DNA of 64,000 bases from Pseudomonadales bacterium. Lineage in GTDB: Bacteria > Pseudomonadota > Gammaproteobacteria > Pseudomonadales > UBA7434. The position numbers and the translations under genes were made by a program. Where the stretch lies: positions 3,231,681 through 3,295,680 of the forward strand of contig OZ244196.1 of assembly GCA_965216795.1 (NCBI GenBank). The letters are read 5' to 3'. Shown here in pieces: positions 48,534 through 57,831 of this stretch. The first letter of the stretch is position 1. Every line of letters starts with the position of its first letter. The notes beneath the pieces are model-generated. The model saw only the letters and a list, made by a program, of their open reading frames with translations, had not been told where the DNA came from and did no database searches.

Positions 48534-51179
48534 GTGGACGCTGGATCGACAACCCGCTCGACCTGCCCCTATTGTGGTGTGGGCTGCGGGGTTAGCGCTA
48601 GCTCTGGAGCCGATGCCGCACAGGTCATTCGCATCGAGGGTGACCGGGCTCACCCGGCGAACAATGGCCGGCTCTGCGTCAAGGGCAGTAATCTCAATCA
48701 TCTGCCGGCTGACAGCGAGCGACTGCTGCATCCGGAAGTCGGTGGCAAGCAGGCCAGCTGGGTCGAGGCAACCCACCGGATCGCCCGGGAAATCAGCGCA
48801 GTACTCGACAGCGACGGGCCGGAGGCCATCGCCTTCTACCTGTCCGGGCAGTTGCTCACTGAAGACTATTACGTTGCCAACAAGTTGATGAAGGGCTTCC
48901 TGGGCAGCGCCAATGTCGATACCAATTCACGACTGTGTATGGCGTCGGCCGTTGCAGCGCACAAACGCGCCTTTGGTGAAGACGTCGTGCCCTGCAACTA
49001 TGAAGATGTGGACCATTGCGATGTGCTGGTGATGGTGGGCTGGAACGGCGCCTGGACGCATCCGGTGCTCTACCAGCGCATCGAGCGGGCGCGTCGCGAA
49101 CGCGGCCTGCGCGTGATACTGATAGACCCGCGCCGAACGGCCAGTGCCGACATTGCCGATCTACACCTGCCGCTCAAACCCGGCAGTGACGGCGCGCTGT
49201 TTCGCGGTTTACTCCACTATCTCGCGACGCATGACCTGGTCGATGACGCCTTTGTCGAACAGTGCGTCGAGGGCACTGCAGAAGCACTGGAAAACTGCGT
49301 CATCCCGATTGCTGATGTCGCCGCTGCCACGGGGTTGGATGCGGTCGCTATCGAGGACTTCTACGCGGAGTTTGGCCGCTCACCCAAAGTGTTGAGTATC
49401 TTTTCCCAGGGGATCAACCAGTCGGCCAGTGGCAGTGACAATGCCAATGCGATTATCAATTGCCACCTCCTGACCGGCAAAATCGGCCAGCCTGGCGCCG
49501 GCCCGTTTTCGATGACGGGCCAGCCCAATGCCATGGGTGGACGGGAAGTGGGTGGGCTTGCCAACCAGCTGGCCGCGCATATGGATTTCAGCGCTGAGAG
49601 CATCGACCGGGTGAGCCGCTTCTGGGGTTCACCGTCGGTGGCGACGCAGCCCGGGCTCAAGGCTGTCGATATGTTTGAGGCGGTTGCCCAGGGTCGTATC
49701 AAGCTGCTGTGGATTATGGGTACCAACCCGGCAGTCAGTTTGCCCGACACCGGTCGCGTACGCCAGGCCCTGCGGGATTGCCCGATGGTCATCGTCTCGG
49801 ATTGTGTCGCCAGTAACGACACCCTGCAGTACGCGAACATCCGGCTGCCTGCGTTGGGCTGGGGTGAAAAAGACGGCACTGTGACCAATTCCGAGCGTGT
49901 CATTTCGCGCCAGCGCCCGTTCCTGGCAGCGCCCGGCCAGGCCCGGCAGGACTGGCAGGCGATTGTGGAAGTGGCCCGGGCGCTGGGCTTTGGCAGCGCA
50001 TTCAACTATCGCTCATCGCGGGACATCTTTTCTGAGCACGCGCGGCTTAGCGGTTTTGAAAACCAGGGCCAGCGCCAGTTCGATATTGGCTGGCTCGCGC
50101 ACCTGTCTGCCGGGGGCTACGATGCGCTGGAACCTGTGCAGTGGCCGCGCCAGGTGCGCCCCTTTGCAGACAGAAAATTTTCTACCGCTACCGGCAAGGC
50201 GCGCATGATCAGCGACGCGCCACGCGATGCAATCCAGCAGGTAGATGAGCGGCACCCGCTGGTACTCAACACCGGCAGGGTGCGCGACCAATGGCATACG
50301 ATGACGCGCACCGGTTACATCGTGCCCTTACAGAAACACCAGCCCGCACCACAGCTACTGATTAACCCGGTGGATGCCGCGACACGCGATATCGCCAGCG
50401 ACGATTTGTTGAAGGTCTACAACCATCGGGGCAGTGTCCACATGCTCGCCACGGTCACGACCGACGTCACGCCCGGCCAGCTATTTGCGCCGATTCACTG
50501 GAGCGACCAGTTTGCTGGATCCTCCGTGGTCTCCAGCCTGTTTGCACCGGCGGTCGACCCGGTTTCCGGCCAGCCTGAAAGCAAGCATGGCGCCGTGGCC
50601 TGCGAAAAACTGCGGCCGCGCTCCTGGATTGGGTTGTGCAGCGAGCGGGCGCTCGATCCGGGCCTGCTCAACGCTGAGGATGCGCTGGTGTACTGGTACG
50701 GCTTTCCCCATGCGCAGGGTTGGTACTACGAACTGGCGCTGGTCGATGAGCAGCGCTGGTTGCCACCGGGGTGCGAGAGGATCGCCGAATCTGTCCACCC
50801 TGCGATGACTCGCGTGCTGTGCCAGCTGCCGGGCGTCGGCCAGTTGATGCTGCAGCAGGCAGCCGCGCGAGGAGAGCTTGCACCACCGGGCCAGATGGCA
50901 GAGCAGTTGGCCAGGGATACCCGGCCGTGGCTAAAGCTTGCGGCGGGCGATGATCAGGACCATGACCGCTCGCGCATGGTGTGCAGCTGCTTCGATGTCA
51001 GCGAAGCGCAGATTATCGCCGCGACGGGCAAGGGTGCACGATCGGTCGAGCAGCTGGGTCAAACACTCAGGTGCGGCACCAACTGTGGCTCCTGCGTGCC
51101 CGAATTGCGGCAGCTCATAGACAATGCCGGCGCGTTGCAAGCGTCGGACGGAATACTCAAAAAGGTATCAGGCATATGA
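48534..51179 (+). CDS. nasA: Assimilatory nitrate reductase catalytic subunit (Mo-bisMGD) with a C-terminal BFD-like [2Fe-2S] domain
   Basis: GTG start. N-terminal 4Fe-4S CPYCGVGCG..C. Molybdopterin oxidoreductase body. C-terminal CSCFDV..CGTNCGSC. Confidence 0.95.
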   Translation: MDAGSTTRSTCPYCGVGCGVSASSGADAAQVIRIEGDRAHPANNGRLCVKGSNLNHLPADSERLLHPEVGGKQASWVEATHRIAREISAVLDSDGPEAIAFYLSGQLLTEDYYVANKLMKGFLGSANVDTNSRLCMASAVAAHKRAFGEDVVPCNYEDVDHCDVLVMVGWNGAWTHPVLYQRIERARRERGLRVILIDPRRTASADIADLHLPLKPGSDGALFRGLLHYLATHDLVDDAFVEQCVEGTAEALENCVIPIADVAAATGLDAVAIEDFYAEFGRSPKVLSIFSQGINQSASGSDNANAIINCHLLTGKIGQPGAGPFSMTGQPNAMGGREVGGLANQLAAHMDFSAESIDRVSRFWGSPSVATQPGLKAVDMFEAVAQGRIKLLWIMGTNPAVSLPDTGRVRQALRDCPMVIVSDCVASNDTLQYANIRLPALGWGEKDGTVTNSERVISRQRPFLAAPGQARQDWQAIVEVARALGFGSAFNYRSSRDIFSEHARLSGFENQGQRQFDIGWLAHLSAGGYDALEPVQWPRQVRPFADRKFSTATGKARMISDAPRDAIQQVDERHPLVLNTGRVRDQWHTMTRTGYIVPLQKHQPAPQLLINPVDAATRDIASDDLLKVYNHRGSVHMLATVTTDVTPGQLFAPIHWSDQFAGSSVVSSLFAPAVDPVSGQPESKHGAVACEKLRPRSWIGLCSERALDPGLLNAEDALVYWYGFPHAQGWYYELALVDEQRWLPPGCERIAESVHPAMTRVLCQLPGVGQLMLQQAAARGELAPPGQMAEQLARDTRPWLKLAAGDDQDHDRSRMVCSCFDVSEAQIIAATGKGARSVEQLGQTLRCGTNCGSCVPELRQLIDNAGALQASDGILKKVSGI

Positions 51180-51940
51180 ACACTCCACCCGTGATGCTGG
51201 TCGGCGCAGGCCCCGGCGATGTTGACCTGCTGACAATCAGGGCATTGCGTTGTATTGAGCAGGCCCAGGTTATCGTTTACGACCGGCTGGTCGGCAAAGA
51301 AATTCTCTCGCTGGCCCCCGGCGACTGCCAGTTGATTTACGCCGGCAAGCGCAAGCACCTGCATGCCATGTCGCAGGCGCAGATCAATGCTGCCCTGGTC
51401 GAGCACGCCCATGCCGGGCTGCGCGTGGTCAGGCTCAAGGGCGGTGACCCGATGGTGTTCGGGCGCGTCGCCGAGGAGCAGGCTGCGCTGCAGGAAGCGG
51501 GTATCGGTTGGGAGCTGGTTCCCGGCGTGACCGCAGCCAGCGCAGCGGCCGCCAGCGCGGGATTACCGCTCACCCAGCGTGGCTACGCACAGGCCGTAAC
51601 CTATGTCACTGCGCACAAGCAGTCAGGAGAATTCGATATTGACTGGCGCCTGCTGGCCAGTGAGCAGCAAACCGTGGTCGTGTACATGGGTTTGAGCGTG
51701 ATTGCAGCGCTTGCCAGTGGACTGATAGCGCGCGGCAAGCCCGCTGAGACCGCAGTGACGGTGGTGTTTAACGCGACCCACGACGATGAGTATATCTGGC
51801 ACACCCGCCTCGATGCGGTTGACCCCTTGCCCGGTGATGTCCCCCGCGGCGTGCCTGCGGTGCTGATCATCCATCCCACCGAGATTCGCCAGTCGCTTCC
51901 TGTCGCACTGGACCTGGCCGAAGCGGCAGGTGGCCGTTAG
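51176..51940 (+). CDS. cobA: Uroporphyrinogen-III C-methyltransferase (siroheme branch)
   Basis: VMLVGAGPGDVDLLTIRAL and RLKGGDPMVFGR. ATGA overlap with the nasA stop. The track ORF's upstream extension is rejected. Confidence 0.9.
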   Translation: MNTPPVMLVGAGPGDVDLLTIRALRCIEQAQVIVYDRLVGKEILSLAPGDCQLIYAGKRKHLHAMSQAQINAALVEHAHAGLRVVRLKGGDPMVFGRVAEEQAALQEAGIGWELVPGVTAASAAAASAGLPLTQRGYAQAVTYVTAHKQSGEFDIDWRLLASEQQTVVVYMGLSVIAALASGLIARGKPAETAVTVVFNATHDDEYIWHTRLDAVDPLPGDVPRGVPAVLIIHPTEIRQSLPVALDLAEAAGGR

Positions 51941-53070
51941 CCGGGTTCGCAGTCGGCCAACGCGGCTGCCCAGGCCTGGTGGGCATGCTGGACGACCGGT
52001 TCGTTCGCGCCAATAAAAAATTGTTCGCGCCCGGCGGCCAGACCCTGCTGGCATTCGGCGGCAATGGGCAGGTCTTCGTTGGCAAACACGTCGAGGCCAA
52101 ATTCAAATGTTTTTTTGGCGTCATCCGGGGCGGTGCCGCGGTCGCGTACACCGAGAAAGTGCACGATCGACTCGCCCGGTGCCGGGCCGGGTTCGGCGCG
52201 AATGATCTGCGCATCGGCGGGATTGACGATGACCACAGTGCCCGGGAAAAGTACGTGGCTTATAGCGCCGGCCAACTGCGCGGGCCATGTATCGCTGTCG
52301 CCCTCCAGCGCCCGCTCAAAGCCTTTGAGCGGAAACGCCCAGCGGCTGTGCTGCTCGAACGTATCGTAAACAAAGTTGTCGTGCAGCATGGTAGCGACAC
52401 TGTCGCGGTGCAGGGTGCGAAAGTGGTAGCTCTCCATGCTCAGCCCGGTGACCAGCTTCCAGTTGGCGCGCACAGTCAGCCGTCGCTCATCGACGAAGCG
52501 GCGCGAACCAAACTCAAAACCGGCAAATTGCGATTCGATGCTCTGCAGGAATTGCTCCACGCGCTGTTGCGACCCACCGGGGTGGATTGAGACGACGATC
52601 AGTCCCGAGCGCTCGCTGACGGGTACCTCGGTGAGGTTGCAGTGTTCGGTGGTTTTTTCAAAACAGTGACCCTGTGGCCGCGCGTGCAGGCTGCCATCGC
52701 TGTTGTACGACCAGCCGTGGAAGCGACAGACCAGCTTGCTGCGGTTGCCAACGCCTTCGGCAACCCTGGCCCCCTTGTGAGCGCAGGCATTGACGAATGC
52801 GCGCAGCTTTCCGCTCTGGTCACGCGTTATCAGCAGAGGAACATCGAGGACCTGGCGAGTGACGTAGTCATCGGGACTGGCCACTTCGCCCGAAAAACCC
52901 ACGACCTGCGGTGTGTCGCGAAAGAAGTGTTTGACTTCATTGGCGGCATGGCTTGGACAGGTAAATACCTGCGTATCGACACGCATGGCGCTGTCCGCGG
53001 TGTCATAGCTATTGCTGTTGACGCGCTCGAGCAGGCGTCGTTGCAGGTCGATGGAATCTTCACGGTTCAT
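51937..53070 (-). CDS. Rieske [2Fe-2S] non-haem-iron oxygenase, alpha subunit
   Basis: Rieske motif CAHKGARV..CRFHGWSY, with an SRPBCC-type catalytic domain. Start ATG 53070 (alternative TTG 53088). No reductase or beta subunit is adjacent. Confidence 0.85.
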   Translation of the reverse strand: MNREDSIDLQRRLLERVNSNSYDTADSAMRVDTQVFTCPSHAANEVKHFFRDTPQVVGFSGEVASPDDYVTRQVLDVPLLITRDQSGKLRAFVNACAHKGARVAEGVGNRSKLVCRFHGWSYNSDGSLHARPQGHCFEKTTEHCNLTEVPVSERSGLIVVSIHPGGSQQRVEQFLQSIESQFAGFEFGSRRFVDERRLTVRANWKLVTGLSMESYHFRTLHRDSVATMLHDNFVYDTFEQHSRWAFPLKGFERALEGDSDTWPAQLAGAISHVLFPGTVVIVNPADAQIIRAEPGPAPGESIVHFLGVRDRGTAPDDAKKTFEFGLDVFANEDLPIAAECQQGLAAGREQFFIGANEPVVQHAHQAWAAALADCEPG

Positions 53071-53159
53071 GACAGCAGGCAGTCTCAATGGCCGACGAGG
53101 GATACGGGCACGATAGTGAGCGCCGCGCCCAGCGTCAACTGCGAGCGCGGGTCTTTGGC

Positions 53160-54161
53160 TTAAGCGGCGTTAATGGAGCGGGCGACGCTCTTGAAGGCCT
53201 GGGACAGGCGGTCCAGTGGCGCGTATTCGGCGAGCGGCAGGCCGCGACGCGCAGCGCGATCGCAAATCGCCGAATGGGGGATGCGGTGGATGGCGGTCTC
53301 GCCAAGCTGGTAGCGTGACAGCAGTTGCCGGTATCGATCGCGATACTGGTGCAGGCGGTTTTGCAGGCGAGTGCCGCTGTGCTCGCGAAGCAGCAGCGCG
53401 TGTATCTCGAGGGGTTTGCCCAGCATCGTTTCGATCTGGCCGAACATTTCAAGCAACAGTTCGCCCGAATGTGCACTAAAGCTGCTGGCATCCAGGGGCA
53501 GCACGAGACGTCGACAGGCAGTCACCGCGTTGAGCGTCAGCAGGCCATGTCCTGCGGGCGCATCCACCAGGATGTGGTCATACTCGTACGTGAGTGAGGC
53601 GAGCAAGGGGCCGAGAATTGCCGACGAGCGGCCGCTGAAAATCAGCTTCCTTTCAGCCAGCAGCAGGTCAGGCTGGGCAGGTATGAGCTGGACGCCACTG
53701 GGTGTGTCGTAGATCGTCGAATTGATTGTCGCAAGGCCCAGCAGGGCATCGGCGATACCGTAGTGGATATCATGCGGATCGAGGCCAAGCCCGCGGGTGG
53801 CGCTGGCCTGTGGATCCATATCGACAACCAGCACGCGTTTACCCATCTTTGCGAGCCAGCCTGCGACATTGATGCAGGCCGTTGTTTTTCCGGTACCGCC
53901 CTTGTTGCAGATAAAGGCGATGGTCTCGCGAGTATCGATATCGGTGGAAGGTGCCGCTTGCCCGTCAGTTTGCGCGCCAGCGGTGGAAAAAACGGCGGGG
54001 TCTTCCGTGCCATCGCCCAACTGGCGAGCGCAATGCAGTGGCTGGCTTGAGAAGAAGCGGGGTTTGCTATGTGCAGTGTCGTCCGGCGCGCGGATATCGC
54101 CCAGCACTGCGAGGCAGTATTGTTCCAGCACATCCATTGAACGGGGTCCCGGTGCAGACAA
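53160..54161 (-). CDS. Orphan ParA/MinD-family P-loop ATPase with an N-terminal extension
   Basis: Deviant Walker A NKGGTGKTT and DMDPQASAT. The first 85 aa or so have no recognisable motif. An alternative start is ATG 54137. Confidence 0.85.
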   Translation of the reverse strand: MSAPGPRSMDVLEQYCLAVLGDIRAPDDTAHSKPRFFSSQPLHCARQLGDGTEDPAVFSTAGAQTDGQAAPSTDIDTRETIAFICNKGGTGKTTACINVAGWLAKMGKRVLVVDMDPQASATRGLGLDPHDIHYGIADALLGLATINSTIYDTPSGVQLIPAQPDLLLAERKLIFSGRSSAILGPLLASLTYEYDHILVDAPAGHGLLTLNAVTACRRLVLPLDASSFSAHSGELLLEMFGQIETMLGKPLEIHALLLREHSGTRLQNRLHQYRDRYRQLLSRYQLGETAIHRIPHSAICDRAARRGLPLAEYAPLDRLSQAFKSVARSINAA

Positions 54162-54273
54162 TCCAGCTATGTATATAGCACAGCTTTTCCGGGCCCGTTG
54201 GCCGGTGTTGATGGCAATTAGTGGCTTTTGAAGGCGGTATTATTCACAGCCAGCAGTTAGCCGGCCGGGTTGT

Positions 54274-56508
54274 TCACTGTTTCGCCTTGAAGCGCAGCCG
54301 CATCTCATGCAGCAGCGGCTCGGTGTATCCACTGGGCTGTTCGCGGCCCTTGAACACGAGGGCGCAAGCGGCCTGGAAAGCCAGTGATTCGCCAAAGCCG
54401 GGGGCCATTGGCTGGTAATCGGCATCGCCTTCGTTTTGCTGGTCGACCAGTGCGGCGATGCGTTTGAGGGTATCGAGAACCTGCTCGTGGCTGCAGATGC
54501 CGTGGTGCAACCAGTTGGCGATATGTTGGCTGGAGATCCTCAGCGTGGCGCGATCCTCCATCAGCCCCACGTCGTTAATGTCCGGAATCTTGGAGCAACC
54601 GGTGCCGCTATTGATCCAGTGCACGACGTAGCCGAGGATACCCTGGGCGTTGTTTTCAAGTTCGCGGCTGACCTCGGCCGGATCCAGCGTTGCACTCTGG
54701 TCGATAATGGGCACTTGTGCCAGCGAGAGCAGCGTCTCCTGCGTATCGTACGATTGCTGCTCGAGCATGTCGCGCTGCAGTGCGAATACGTCAACATCAT
54801 GGTAGTGCAGTGCGTGCAAGGTGGCCGCCGTCGGAGAGGGTACCCAGGCGCAGTTCGCGCCACTTTCCGGGTGCGCAATTTTACTTTGCATCATTTGCTG
54901 CATTTCATCGGGCATGGCCCACATGCCCTTGCCAATCTGGGCGTGGCCAGAGAGTCCGCACTGGAGCCCGATCGCGACGTTTGCGCGCTCATAGGCTTCG
55001 ATCCAGTCCGTATTGCGCATCTGCGCCTTTGGCAGCATGGGTCCGGCTTCCATTGCGGTATGAATTTCGTCACCCGTGCGATCGAGAAAGCCGGTGTTGA
55101 TAAAAATGACCCGATCGCGCGCCGCGTGAATACAGGCCTTGAGATTCATCGAGGTGCGACGCTCTTCGTCCATGATCCCCAGTTTCAGTGAGCGCGCGGG
55201 AAGCTGGAGCCTGCGTTCGACGTCGGTAAACAGCTCGCAGGTAAAGGTGACTTCGTCGGGGCCATGCATTTTGGGTTTGACAATGTACATGCTGCCGCTG
55301 CGTGAATTGCGCCGGCTGCCGAGCGCCTCGATGTCGTATTTGCCGATCGCTGCGGTCAGCCAGGCATCGAGAATGCCCTCGGGTACGGGTGCGCCCGTAG
55401 CATCCAGTACCGCGTTAATGTTCATCAGCAGGCCGACGTTGCGAACCAGCAGCAGGCTGCGACCGGGCAGGGTCATGGCGCTGCCGTCAGCGGCGGTGTA
55501 TTCGCGATCGGCGACCATTTCCCTGGTGTGGATTTTTCCGCCCTTGGAAAAGCTTGCCTGCAGGTCGCCACGCATTAGTCCCAGCCAGTTGCGATACACC
55601 TCGGTCTTGTCTTCCGCATCAACGGCGGCAACGGAGTCTTCACAGTCCTGGATCGTGGTCAGCGCGGATTCAACCAGTATGTCCTGCACGCCCGCGTGAT
55701 CGTCAGCGCCGATAGCGCCATTGCGGTCGATGAGTATTTCTATATGCAAGCCGTTATTGCGCAGCAAAATGGCCTCAGGCGCATGTTCTTCGCCACGGAA
55801 ACCAACAAACTGGCCGGGGTCGGCCAATCCGTAGTGACAGTCATCGGCGGTACTGGCGACGAGGCGGCCGGCTTTGACCGCGTACTGCTTGAGCTGCGCG
55901 TGTGAACAATCCCGCAGCGGTGCAATGCGGTCGAGCCAGTCGCGCCCATAGCGAATGACTTTGTCACCGCGCTGTTTGTCATAGCCCTTCTGTGTAGTCG
56001 GTGGCTCGATGACATCGGTGCCGTATAGCGCATCGTACAGGCTGCCCCAACGGGCGTTGCAGGCGTTGAGTGCATAGCGCGCGTTCTTGACGGGGACAAC
56101 CAGCTGCGGGCCGGCAATGCTGGCAATTTCCGGGTCGACGTTGCTCGTTGCGATTGAGAAGTCGGCGACCTCTTCAACCAGGTAGCCAATGTCCCTGAGA
56201 AAACGCAGGTGCTTGTCGGCATCTGTGCTGTCATTCCAGGCATGCCATTCGTCGACTTTGGCCTGGAGCATGGCGCGATGCTGCAGCAGTGCGGCGTTGC
56301 GCGGTGCAAACTGGGCCAGCAATTCGCTAAAGTCCTGCCAGAACGCTGCGGCATCGATCTTTAGCCCCGGCAAGACCTCGCTTTCAACAAACTCGGCCAG
56401 CACGTTAGCGACCTGGAGATCACCGATGCTGCGATAGTTTGCAGGGTCGATAGCGGTGGCGTTGTCAGTGGCGCCAGGCGCGGATTTGTCCAGTGCGGCG
56501 TTGCTCAT
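54274..56508 (-). CDS. glcB: Malate synthase G
   Basis: 744 aa. The length and motifs (GLNCGRWDY-equivalent region, MPDEMQQMM, EDRATLRISSQHIANW) are typical of the G isoform. Confidence 0.93.
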   Translation of the reverse strand: MSNAALDKSAPGATDNATAIDPANYRSIGDLQVANVLAEFVESEVLPGLKIDAAAFWQDFSELLAQFAPRNAALLQHRAMLQAKVDEWHAWNDSTDADKHLRFLRDIGYLVEEVADFSIATSNVDPEIASIAGPQLVVPVKNARYALNACNARWGSLYDALYGTDVIEPPTTQKGYDKQRGDKVIRYGRDWLDRIAPLRDCSHAQLKQYAVKAGRLVASTADDCHYGLADPGQFVGFRGEEHAPEAILLRNNGLHIEILIDRNGAIGADDHAGVQDILVESALTTIQDCEDSVAAVDAEDKTEVYRNWLGLMRGDLQASFSKGGKIHTREMVADREYTAADGSAMTLPGRSLLLVRNVGLLMNINAVLDATGAPVPEGILDAWLTAAIGKYDIEALGSRRNSRSGSMYIVKPKMHGPDEVTFTCELFTDVERRLQLPARSLKLGIMDEERRTSMNLKACIHAARDRVIFINTGFLDRTGDEIHTAMEAGPMLPKAQMRNTDWIEAYERANVAIGLQCGLSGHAQIGKGMWAMPDEMQQMMQSKIAHPESGANCAWVPSPTAATLHALHYHDVDVFALQRDMLEQQSYDTQETLLSLAQVPIIDQSATLDPAEVSRELENNAQGILGYVVHWINSGTGCSKIPDINDVGLMEDRATLRISSQHIANWLHHGICSHEQVLDTLKRIAALVDQQNEGDADYQPMAPGFGESLAFQAACALVFKGREQPSGYTEPLLHEMRLRFKAKQ

Positions 56509-56582
56509 TTCATGGTCCTGCTGGGGGCCGGGAGCTGCCCGGCCGAGTGGGTTCTCTCTATTGAGTCTAATCGCTTCCAGAG

Positions 56583-56609
56583 TAATTTATGAAATTTATA
56601 ATCATTATC
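56583..56609 (-). promoter_or_regulatory. 27-bp box shared with the aceA upstream region (candidate LysR operator)
   Basis: Read in the glcB direction it is GATAATGATTATAAATTTCATAAATTA. It is 23/27 identical to 57642-57668. Lies 75-101 nt upstream of the glcB start. Confidence 0.45.
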
Positions 56610-56642
56610 TAAGTCATCATATGTATGAATGTTGATCAGCAT

Positions 56643-57587
56643 TCAATAGCCCTTGACGGTTTCGGCGATGGCCTTGATTTCGTTGCGCAGCCAGATATGG
56701 GCGGAGTTGTTGTGGAGCACCGGTGACCAGGCCATCTTGATCTCGATGGGGACGATCGGAAACGGTGGTTTCACCATCTTGAGCTGGGGCGTTTGCGACC
56801 AGAGTTTTGCCGCCCGGCTGGGCAGGGTCGCGATCAGGCGGGTGTCGCGGGTCAGGTAGCTGGCCACCTGGTAATTGCGGGTAAACACCGCGATATCACG
56901 CTTGTGGCCGAGCTCCGCGAGGGCCTCATCGACCCAGCCGAGTTTCTGGCTATGTTTAGGGCTCATGCCCGTGCCTACGCCAATGCCCGTTTTACTGACC
57001 CAGATGTGCCGCGCTTTCAGGTAGCGCTCCAGTGTCAGCCTGCCGGTGCCGGCATGCTGCTTGTTCATCAGGCAGGCGAAGTTGTCGCGCCAGACGCTCT
57101 TTTGGTGAAAGGAGTCGGGCAGGTGATCAAAGCGGTTGATTGCCATATCAATATCGCCGCGCTCCAGGTGCTGGAAGCTCACATCGCTTGGGGTCAGTAC
57201 ATCGAGCGAAACGCCAGGGGCTGTTTCATCGAGCCGGCTGATAAGCGGCGCGATCAGCGTCGTTTCGATGTAATCACTGGCCATAATCCGGAAGGTGCGT
57301 TGGCTTTCGGTGGGTTCAAAGCTGTCGGCAGGGGCCAGTGCCAGCTCGGCCTGGGCCAGAGCCTCGATGACCAGCGGCTCGAGTTCGCGGGCCCGCTCGG
57401 TGGGCTCCATGCCGTTCGAGGTGCGCACCAGTATCGGGTCGCCCAGCAGGTCTCGCAGCCTTCTCAGGGCGTTGCTCATCGCCGGCTGGGTGATATCAAG
57501 CTTCTCGGCCGCCCGGGAGACGCTTTGTTCCTTGAGCAGCGCATTGAGGTACACCAGCAGGTTCAGGTCGATACGTTTGATATTCAT
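56643..57587 (-). CDS. LysR-family transcriptional regulator
   Basis: The N-terminal HTH is DLNLLVYLNALLKEQSVSRAAEKLDITQPAMSNALRRLR. Has a LysR substrate-binding domain. Divergent from aceA. Confidence 0.92.
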   Translation of the reverse strand: MNIKRIDLNLLVYLNALLKEQSVSRAAEKLDITQPAMSNALRRLRDLLGDPILVRTSNGMEPTERARELEPLVIEALAQAELALAPADSFEPTESQRTFRIMASDYIETTLIAPLISRLDETAPGVSLDVLTPSDVSFQHLERGDIDMAINRFDHLPDSFHQKSVWRDNFACLMNKQHAGTGRLTLERYLKARHIWVSKTGIGVGTGMSPKHSQKLGWVDEALAELGHKRDIAVFTRNYQVASYLTRDTRLIATLPSRAAKLWSQTPQLKMVKPPFPIVPIEIKMAWSPVLHNNSAHIWLRNEIKAIAETVKGY

Positions 57588-57641
57588 GGTATTGATGGTT
57601 TTTCCGGTCAGTATCTCGATATTCAGCTAGAGAATAGCATG

Positions 57642-57668
57642 GATAATAAACATAAATTTCATTAATTA
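57642..57668 (+). promoter_or_regulatory. 27-bp box shared with the glcB upstream region (candidate LysR operator)
   Basis: GATAATAAACATAAATTTCATTAATTA. Lies 164-190 nt upstream of the aceA ATG and 55-81 nt upstream of the divergent LysR start. Confidence 0.45.
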
Positions 57669-57831
57669 TGCTGAATCCATTAAGGTGCTGTCAATCACAC
57701 GATCAAATAGGCCCCCCCAATGGGGCCAGTTTGAGCAGGTTGATTGGCTACACTGAGAACGACGACCTTTAAACGCAGAATCTGGCCTGGCGACCGACCG
57801 GCCCGGATCACAACCACCAGGTAGTATCACC

